Source of the DNA: a bacterium
GTDB taxonomy: Bacteria > Bacteroidota > Ignavibacteria > UBA10030
DNA: 64,000 bases
NCBI GenBank assembly: GCA_043803945.1
Contig: JAZDJN010000091.1
Location: 64,001 to 128,000 of the forward strand
Direction: 5' to 3'
Under the pieces are notes generated by a model. That model was not told where the DNA came from, ran no database searches, and was given only the letters and a program-made list of their open reading frames with translations. The translations under genes and the position numbers were made by a program. Below are positions 42,001 through 49,700 of this stretch, one piece after another (the stretch's first letter is position 1; each line of letters starts with the position of its first letter).

Positions 42001-45000
42001 TGTATTGGTCACTGTTGAGGTGGTAAGAGTACGAATAACCGTTCCACCATCGCCAATTTTCAACTTGCTGGCATCAATCAATAACGCACCGGCTCCACTC
42101 AGTTTCAGCGTACCAGAGACGATCAACAGGTTATCTGTCACTTCGCTGTTTTGTACGCCACCAACTGTGGTTGCAATAGTAAGGTTCGGGATCGTCAGAT
42201 CAACACCTGGTTTAAAGAATTGAGCTGCGCCACCAGAGAAAATCACCTCACCAGTAGCAGATGCAGTAATTGTACCGACGGTTCTCACGAATGCATCAGT
42301 ACCAGCACCATTGGCCAATGAGAGATCATTTGCACCAAGGGCTAATGTACCTTTTGTCATCGTGAAGACACCCGCAGCAACATTACCAACCGTAATAGTT
42401 CGATCGGAGGGTGTGCTTGATCGATTTACGGTGACAGTTCCGTCTGTATTGAGTGTCAGATTAGGAAGCGTCGGATTGCCGTTGCCGTCGAAAGTCACTG
42501 TGGCTCCTGTGACAATGAGTGCGCCGGCTGCACCGAGGGTGTACGAACCTGCTGTGAATGTATAGTTTGTTCCAGAGAGAGTAATATTCGTCGCTCCGAG
42601 TGTCACGGCTGCATTAGTATGTTTCAGAACACCGGACACTGTGAAGCTTGCATTGATCGTGATACCATTACCACCTGTTCCGGCAAACTCGAGATTTGCG
42701 ACGGAGAATGCTGCACCAGGGGTAAAATCAATTGCAGCCGCTGTTTCGTTAAAGATCAGATATCCTGCACCTGTAAATGTTCCGGCACCGGTTCTGAGAT
42801 AATCCGGCGAGGCACCACTGCCATTTTGCTGATAGTTAAATCCGCCGTTCTCGATATTCCCGGCAACCTGTGATGTCGAGCCAGCAATAATCACGTTGCT
42901 GCCGAGGATTAACTTACCGGCAGTCAGCGTCACATTACCAGCAACCGTTGTAAGAGCGCCACCGCGTGTGAAAGTCAGTGTACCGTTGGATACTGTGAGG
43001 TTACCGCCATCAACTGATGTTGATGAACCCTTAATCGTTACCGATGCATTTGGTCCTAATGTCGCATTACCGACAACCAGGTTTCCAGTAAGGGTTGAAC
43101 TTGTGCCATTCATCGTGAAGGTTGCCGTGGCACCTGTTTTTGTACTAACACCCTGTAAGGTGAGATTACCACTTACGACCTTCAGGTCTGTTGAGGTGAA
43201 AGAGTACCCATTATCAGCCGGTTCAAAGGAGAAACTATTGAGCTGAGATTGTGTGTTCGAAGAGGTTGAGGTTGTACCGACTAATGTACATCCATTTCCT
43301 GTTTCTATTAGGATACCCGCTGCAGTGATTTGTCCAATAACTGTGTGCGAACGATTGTCGCCTGTCAAGGTAATCGGATTTGCAGCGTTACCGCCGCTGA
43401 TTAATCCACCCCGACCGACATAGAGAGAACCAGTGATATTCAGGTTCTGTGCCGGGAGGTTGAATTCAGTAATATTCGTTGCATTATCTGTAAGCTTCAG
43501 ATTCCCCTTGATTGTAACCGTTGCGCTGTGCGAAAGAATCAGCTTATTGGCTGCTGATGTCGTCGTAATCGTAAGATTACGAACGTTGGCCGCTGTAAAT
43601 TCAGCTCCGCCTAACGCACTGGCAACCGTCGCAGTGACGTCGCCAGTAATGGCGCCGTAGTACTCAAGATCGTAATCAACCGGGGAATTTGTATTGAATC
43701 CACCTGCTGTCACAATAACACCATTTGTACTTCCAGCACCTGTAGCGAGATTTCGGATGACACTGGCTGTTGTTCCAGTTGGGCCGAAGCTACCACCGGC
43801 ATTGTTGACTTCCAAATCACCGGTAACCATGCGGAGGATACCATTGAATTTCACATTGTTTGCAGCATTCATCTGTACTTTATTCGCAGTACCGACATCA
43901 ATAGTGATATAAGAGTATGTTCCTGTACCAGCGATTGTGGTGCCCGTGACAGCTGCGCCGCCAACCACTGTTGTGGAACCACCAAAGATCACTCCACCAC
44001 CACCAATGGCAGTATAGGAACCATTGTTGATGATGGCAGCACCTACTGCATTGAGGATAATATTCAATGTGCTCATATCGAGGTTTGTGCTTCCTGAAAT
44101 CGTTACTGTTCCAGAGGCACGAATCGATTGACCAACGGTAATGGTTCCAGCCGTATTGGTAAAGGTAAGATTACCAAGTTGAAGCAATGGACCGCCATTG
44201 ACCTGCTGGGTTGTAGTACCGGTGAATGTTACGAAAGAAGCTGCACCGGCGGTAAAGGTACCGGCAGTTCTATTGAAATCATTCTTAACATTCAGAATTG
44301 AAGCAACATTGTTTGCAAGAGTAATTATTCCACCAGACATCGTGAATCCACCGGTGGTCAAGGTAAAGTTACCGACTGCCAGGGTACCACCAGAAAGCGT
44401 CGTGACACCCGCGCCAGAAACAGTCGTGTTAACACTGATGTTTGCTGTACCAGCGCTGACGGATAAGCTGCTCAGGGTTGTCGCATTTGTTCCAAAGGTT
44501 AACGTTCCTGATCCACTCATGGTCACATTGGATAATGTACCGCCATCAAATGAAGCGGCGCCAGAAGCCGATACGACAATACCGGCTGGGCTTGTTGCGG
44601 TAACGGTTCCACCATTGGTCGCATGAGCAACAGAACCCGAAAGGGTTAGCACATTACCACCAAGGGCAACTGTACCGGCGTTGGTAAACGCACCGGCAAC
44701 AGAAAGCGCTGCGGTTACGTTCGTTGTTGCACCACCAACGTTTGTCAACGTACCACGGATTGTGCCACCGGCAATATTCAATGTGCCACCGGAAGCACCG
44801 TTGTTCACATTGAGAATAACATAAGTAATACCGGCTCCACCAGAGGCTGCCGAAAGATTTCCAAGCGTGAGGACACCGGCTGCTCCGTTATTGGCTGTAG
44901 CAGTTGCGTGCCAGGCAGCAGTTGCTTGTGAGTTTGCCAATGATACTGAAGAAGCAAACACAATAGAACCGGTCGATTGGTTATCGACGATATAGGTATT

Positions 45001-45969
45001 TGCACCTGCTGCAAACACATTGGCACCTGTAAAGGTACCGGCAGTCCAAGTCACTGCGCCATTCATTTGTACTGTACCAGTACTTGTATTCTCGATGCTG
45101 CCGAGGTTACCATCGGCTGTACCATCGGTGATACTCAATCCGAGGGTGTTATCGAATTTCAATGTACCAGTACCACTGTTGGTAATGTCATTCGCTCCAA
45201 CGCTAACTGCGGCACTGAAGGTTGCATTACCGCTGGTGACAACGATACCGCCAGTTGCCGTGATGGCGTAAGGTAGTGTCACTGTTGTTCCTGCAGTCTT
45301 TGCTACTGTAATGACTCCCGTTCCATAGGATGCATAGTTTGCCTCGGGGCCACCGGTGACATCGCTGCCGCCGTTATAGGTAAGGCTGAGGTTTGTGCCC
45401 TTCTGCGGAGCCTGGTTTGTAAAGGCCGATGAACCATTCATCACAATACCAATACCGGTTGCTAAACGGAAGAAGGAGGCAGTTCCGATACTCATACTGG
45501 AATTGCGCGTGCCGCTTCCCAGGGTCAGCGTGTTGCTAAGGGTAAAATATTCTGTATTGTTGGTTGTGATGATATTCAGAGTGCCACCAGAAATATCATA
45601 GGTAAATGTACCAGCACTCATTAAAACATTGTTGTTGGAGTTCAACGATCGTAGTTCGATCGTGAGTGATCCGCTGGCGGTGAGAGCGGCATACGTTGCC
45701 GTCGTGATTGCAACGTTACCACCTGCGTTATCACCACCATTGTAGGTACCAGCAAAGATAACAACATTGCCATTATTTGCGACGAGGGAGAGTCCCTTGT
45801 TAATGGTCGCAACAGGTCCAGATCCTGCTGGATTGTTGGTTGCATTGGCACCAGTGTAGGTGTCAGATCCGTTCGTCACGTCGACATACACAGTCGCGAG
45901 TTGACTGAACGCGGTCATCGTTGCCACCAACATCAGTGCAACAACCAATAAGAATGTTTTTGTATTCAT
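39055..45969 (-). CDS. giant secreted protein A: T/G/A/V/N/S-rich beta-helix-like body + 2 Ig + dockerin + cohesin-like domain + T9SS CTD (candidate S-layer/major surface protein)
   Basis: GGAGG RBS; signal peptide ..AFS-Q; cap YVD...GSD..TG..GPVATINKGL..GTY; dockerin GDISGDNAVLAEDASLAL...GDVSGNTTVNAYDASLILQ (~39740-39915); cohesin-like ITSMQFTMKFN..LTVAAAG; CTD LDQNYPNPFNPTT...NKMMLIK. Confidence 0.87.
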   Translation of the reverse strand: MNTKTFLLVVALMLVATMTAFSQLATVYVDVTNGSDTYTGANATNNPAGSGPVATINKGLSLVANNGNVVIFAGTYNGGDNAGGNVAITTATYAALTASGSLTIELRSLNSNNNVLMSAGTFTYDISGGTLNIITTNNTEYFTLSNTLTLGSGTRNSSMSIGTASFFRLATGIGIVMNGSSAFTNQAPQKGTNLSLTYNGGSDVTGGPEANYASYGTGVITVAKTAGTTVTLPYAITATGGIVVTSGNATFSAAVSVGANDITNSGTGTLKFDNTLGLSITDGTADGNLGSIENTSTGTVQMNGAVTWTAGTFTGANVFAAGANTYIVDNQSTGSIVFASSVSLANSQATAAWHATATANNGAAGVLTLGNLSAASGGAGITYVILNVNNGASGGTLNIAGGTIRGTLTNVGGATTNVTAALSVAGAFTNAGTVALGGNVLTLSGSVAHATNGGTVTATSPAGIVVSASGAASFDGGTLSNVTMSGSGTLTFGTNATTLSSLSVSAGTANISVNTTVSGAGVTTLSGGTLAVGNFTLTTGGFTMSGGIITLANNVASILNVKNDFNRTAGTFTAGAASFVTFTGTTTQQVNGGPLLQLGNLTFTNTAGTITVGQSIRASGTVTISGSTNLDMSTLNIILNAVGAAIINNGSYTAIGGGGVIFGGSTTVVGGAAVTGTTIAGTGTYSYITIDVGTANKVQMNAANNVKFNGILRMVTGDLEVNNAGGSFGPTGTTASVIRNLATGAGSTNGVIVTAGGFNTNSPVDYDLEYYGAITGDVTATVASALGGAEFTAANVRNLTITTTSAANKLILSHSATVTIKGNLKLTDNATNITEFNLPAQNLNITGSLYVGRGGLISGGNAANPITLTGDNRSHTVIGQITAAGILIETGNGCTLVGTTSTSSNTQSQLNSFSFEPADNGYSFTSTDLKVVSGNLTLQGVSTKTGATATFTMNGTSSTLTGNLVVGNATLGPNASVTIKGSSTSVDGGNLTVSNGTLTFTRGGALTTVAGNVTLTAGKLILGSNVIIAGSTSQVAGNIENGGFNYQQNGSGASPDYLRTGAGTFTGAGYLIFNETAAAIDFTPGAAFSVANLEFAGTGGNGITINASFTVSGVLKHTNAAVTLGATNITLSGTNYTFTAGSYTLGAAGALIVTGATVTFDGNGNPTLPNLTLNTDGTVTVNRSSTPSDRTITVGNVAAGVFTMTKGTLALGANDLSLANGAGTDAFVRTVGTITASATGEVIFSGGAAQFFKPGVDLTIPNLTIATTVGGVQNSEVTDNLLIVSGTLKLSGAGALLIDASKLKIGDGGTVIRTLTTSTVTNTVVFGTNTNVEYSGAEAAAIATGNELSAAVFNFTVNRTVGGGVNDQVDMGKDVTVSGTLYLQAGLLDETTKAITIAAGGTLEIGTGNFEGSGPDSPTVTSYYLVYSGGAAVTSTAEQLQTAATLLGLTVKTTNTVLTPHASATVTNVTINATGGGIQLNTVGGLTRNLTITGNLAVTAGNFITVAWTTAGTSVPKVVFQGTTFQTITVPAAGLTLPSGVDGNADGDYIDVGAGETPPVDVQVNSAATADVDKKVTLGGGNVTMGTGSNVIFTKGVIVTTVDFVWTLIQGNHPLTNKPTQGFSRSVATGDFSHFVGNVRKYVNNSTGTSIDRSVVTFPVGTMPASVGYYRPLSVFFKNTPQSAATITVSHVNSRPGGENGFKILSKKQDGSDLNLTNYPGFFWSVKSDIPLAPSYVFDIEAQAEGYAEYVADAIQNVRLIRRDSGNYNNQWLEQKNYNTGTRLYDNSTVNLTWPVVKAIDATGGITTQGSLFTYSQINKAPTFTTMPADVPKNEGETVELTWVAVDYDLGGDAVTMAKVLAPEGASALAAGKITWAIPYTFATKATPSVTTNFVVSATDTYGPLTAYDTVVVTVNNVNRAPVFTAVTAQTIKWTERLNVTLAASDLDTDALTYAFDSVTPAPATATNLPALTGTALTWQPEYLDATKTYAVKVSVTDGVAPAVEQTFNVTVNRARIKGDISGDNAVLAEDASLALQHAVGLITITDPEALWAGDVSGNTTVNAYDASLILQKVAGYPVVFAPAALGKSEASVGSIEWKNPVAKADAVTMGVKVSDDARNITSMQFTMKFNAAIATVNEVASKLPQDWTLLYKVEDGTLTVAAAGLTPVTGEAAVVSFKLKNKENRLTVSGEGFLNDGIGQTMDATEISLVPSEFGLDQNYPNPFNPTTTIKYRIAQDAAVNLVIYNMQGQKIRSVVAQEQKAGYYSIVWDGRNDAGQSVASGLYLYRVQAGSFVASNKMMLIK

Positions 45970-46355
45970 TTAATCCTCCATTATAGAGTATTGTTAATTA
46001 GTACTTCAAAAAAAACTTAAATCATTTCCCACTATTCTCTCGCGCCGGGGAGTCGCGAAAGTGAATCCTGAATTGTTGTGATCCAGGATCCGAACCCGAA
46101 GGGAAAACTTCGGGATGAAAAAAAATCAACTAGAATTGATAGCAGTTCTCTTCATCGATAGACTCCTATGCAGTGAGAGATACATGTTGATTGGCGCATT
46201 CAGAATGGGGAACAGAAATCTGAAATTTTTCTTTTGAAGCATCATTCCGCAGTACATAGCAACAGTAATTTCGATGCATCTCTAAATTTTTTGTTGTAAG
46301 CGTTTTGGTCACCAACCCTTTACCGCCCGCAGTCTGGGTGCCAAAATGTGAAGCA

Positions 46356-46384
46356 AATATATGAACATTCCAAGTTGCTGTCAA
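46356..46384 (-). promoter_or_regulatory. proximal sigma70 promoter of giant gene A
   Basis: Minus strand TTGACA-17 bp-TATATT (continues TG, so it also fits the Bacteroidota TAnnTTTG box). Confidence 0.7.
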
Positions 46385-46562
46385 GCATTTTTTTAGGCAA
46401 ACCATTGATTTTCCTATAGCTATGAATCCCTTGCCTAAAGCGAAACACTACTCCTCTTGAGTATCTTGTTGGGGAACATTAAGGAACGGGAGTTGGGGAA
46501 CTGAAATCTCCCGCTTTCTTACCCACAGCTTTTTTACTCTTTTCGCTGTGGTCACTGGGATA

Positions 46563-46591
46563 AGTATAATCAATTCAGGTTCGTTTGTCAA
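46563..46591 (-). promoter_or_regulatory. distal sigma70 promoter of giant gene A
   Basis: Minus strand TTGACA-17 bp-TATACT. Confidence 0.7.
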
Positions 46592-46664
46592 GAGCCTGAG
46601 GGTTAAATTATTCAAATAAATCGCACTGTGTGAGCGGGGTCAAATGAGCGAAAATCAAGATAAT

Positions 46665-46745
46665 ATGAGGGTATGAGCGTAAGAGAGTATGAGAATGAGA
46701 GGTTGAGAGTGTGAGAGGGGGAGACTTGGAGAGAGGGAGAATAAG
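46665..46745. repeat. purine-rich degenerate tandem repeat, ~8-bp period (GAGAnnnn)
   Basis: ATGAGGGT ATGAGCGT AAGAGAGT ATGAGAAT GAGAGGTT GAGAGTGT GAGAGGGG GAGACTTG GAGAGAGG GAGA. Confidence 0.6.
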
Positions 46746-46790
46746 AATTATGAAACTTTCAACCTGAAACTTACACCCTTCCCTCCTTTC

Positions 46791-49700
46791 CTACCTCATC
46801 TTCACAAGCTTCTCGATCCAGTCGAATCTCTCCTCACCAAACCTGCCAGTAATCTTATAGAGATAGACTCCGTTAGCAATCTCATTTCCATCCCTATCTC
46901 TTCCATCCCAGCGCATTCGATTCAGACCAAAACGGAGTTCCATTTGCTGCACCTTTATCTCCTGGATCAGGCGACCCGCGATGGTAAATATTTTTACTGC
47001 TATCTCTTCAGGAATCTTTGAGCCAACGATATTAAATGTAAAATCTGTCGCCAGGTGAAATGGATTGGGGTAATTGAAAATGTCCACCACTTGATTCGTT
47101 TCATCCACCCGAAACGAGATCCTTGCTGCATTGGTGTCGGCAAAGTTGCCAGCTACATCAACCACTTGTACCGACAAAAGATGTTCTCCACTCGTGAGCT
47201 GCGGACGAACGATAAGCGTTGCCTGTGAACCTCCATTCCCCTGCTGAACGACATTTTCTGAAGTTGGAGCAGAATGAATTTTCCTGTCATCAAGCCTTAA
47301 TTCAATCATATTGGGATCTACTATTCGCATTGGGACATTATCAATGAAATCAATGCGGATTTCAGGACGGGCCGAAACATAATCACCCTCGAGAATATGC
47401 TGGCCATCGAATGTAATTTCGATTGAAGGACGCACCGTATCCGAACTCACAATAATTGACAGCGCATAAAGATTATTTGACCGATAGAGTTCAGATAATC
47501 TGTTCTCCGGATCAATAGAGATCATGAGAGTGTGACTCCCTTTTCTACCAGCGGTGTTGAATATCGATTTGAATGCAGAAGCAGAATTCGGAGGTATAGA
47601 AGGAACGACAATGGTATCAAGCGGTATGATCCACTTCCCCTGGAGATGAGCGGTAGCAACAACAGACACACTATCGACCTTCTGCCCTCCGACATTATAG
47701 ACAGAACCATTCAGGATAACATCTTCACCCTCGATTACGGTATCCTGTGAAACGGAGACAACCTGGTAGTTCACTGCTAATTCAGCGGGCGGCTCGAGTG
47801 AAACACTCCATTGTTTTAGCAACGGTGATATTCCGGAAGCATTCGCGAAAAGGTCTGCCTTTATATTGATGGTCGGATAGATGGACGCTGGAATGGATGC
47901 CAGCGATATCGAGGTCTCTGGTGAACGGGAGATCAATGGTTCGACTTCACCATTCTTTTTTCTACCGATGACACTGACCGCAATTTGCGACCCATCTTCC
48001 AGATACTTATCTATTATAAGATTCAACCACTTTCCCGCCGGACCGATATCAGGAGAGATGAGTGATCCCGAGTTCTCCTTCCGTGAGAAGAGCGTATCAA
48101 TGACAGCACGGCCCGTATATGCCTTTCTCCATTGCTCAAACGCCGAGCCAGCCCGCGCACCCTTCCAGCCAATAAATGCCCAGGAATCCCTCAGCTTCAG
48201 GCTATCGATAAAATGGCTTCCAAATGACCTAATAGCCGCGCGAGCTCCAGAAGTTAGCTGCAAAGCACCATCATCAACTACGAGCATCACCACAAGTTTT
48301 CCCGAATTTATTATTGCCAGTGCCATCTGCAAAGAATCTGAATGCGATGAAAGATAATTGGTGTCATACATCCGAATAAACTCAGGAGTGAATGTGACAG
48401 AATCCAGGACAGCAAGCGTAATGCCGCGGGAAAAAGTATTGGGAAGAATGTTCGATCCATCAAGTTCGAGAGCCCCAAAAGAACCATCTCCGAATCCCGA
48501 CGATGTCACTCGAACACGAATGACACGCCCCGCAATCTGCATCTCATTCCGACCTGTCAATTCTGTATGAAGAAATTCACTCTGCACAAAACTCAATGAA
48601 TCGTTTTGCCTCCATTGTACACCCTCCTGTTTTGTGAGAAAGAATTTCCCCTGGGAGACTGAAGCCTCCATTCCAGGCAAACCGACACGCCAGAAGTAGT
48701 ATCGTTCGGCCGGCAAAGCAGGAAGATCAAATGAGGTAACAACGTTCCCCATTTTACTCTCCAGCCGCAGCGGATTCCCAAATCCTTCACTGGAATCGAT
48801 GTCCAGAGCAATGATATCGCTCCCATCCGGCGGTTTCAGGGCGGGATTCAGCACAATAAATTTCTTCACAAACTGAGAATAGTTGGGTAAAGGACTCACC
48901 ACCTTCAGTGTCCTCGAGAGAACATTCAATTGAAGAGAAGCCGTATTATCCGATTCACTGATTTCATCCAGACGGTTTTCTGAGTCTCCCATAATAGTAA
49001 AGCAATGGAGCCCCGGTTTACCCTTGACAGGATAGGCAAGAGAAATGGTGTCTGAATATCTCGGGAGCTTACAGGTTATTGTAGTCTCAATTTTTATTCC
49101 CTGGTATTGATGCAGCCACTTCACGCTCAAGGAATCGGCAGTTACCAATCCAGTATTGAACAGCGGAACACTGAGCAACACTTTCTCATCTTCATCTGTC
49201 GGGGTGGCAGGGATTGCATTGATGGCATCGCCCCGCAGAATAATATTTGGTTTTTGAGGAAGGGCCAATTGAACTATCGGATCGCCAAGGAGTGTGTTCG
49301 TCAACATCATTACTCTATTATGGAGGCTCGACACCCCGCCCGATTCATTACTCCGTTTAATCTTTGCCAGCAAATGTGCTTTTCCGATTTCTCGTACTCC
49401 GTTCCGCAGCAACTCACGATAAAAATATTTTGGGAGCGTCAGGGCTGAGAGTGAAGAGCCAAGCGCGGAATTGCCGATATACGCGATCGCAGAGCCTGAT
49501 TCACCCAGCGTAAAGAGCTCGCCAAATGATCTGATGTCCGGCTCAGCAAATTTCGCGGTTGAACAGCCAAAATCGGAGATCAAGGCAGATCGTCCGCGGC
49601 TATTCTGTAATTGAGCAGGATCGCCAATCCCATTATCCCACGTTTGCGTTCCGCTATGGCCGATGTAGTTGATAACAACTCCTCCCCGATTGAGCGCTTC

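Noticed and set aside
37291-45851. Many long plus-strand ORFs opposite the giant and scaffoldin genes
   Set aside because: Antisense shadows caused by biased codon usage of the real genes; no motifs or RBS
29774-45969. True cellulosome or autotransporter adhesins
   Set aside because: No recognisable GH/CBM catalytic modules and no C-terminal beta-barrel; the C-termini are T9SS-type CTDs
46315-46330. ops/JUMPstart antitermination element (GGCGGTAAAG on the minus strand)
   Set aside because: Only a 7-nt match to GGCGGTAG and no NusG paralog in the window; too weak to call
46390-46440. c-di-GMP-I riboswitch (GGCAAACC)
   Set aside because: Wrong strand for gene A and the GNRA/GACGCAAAG elements are missing; it is simply an inverted repeat
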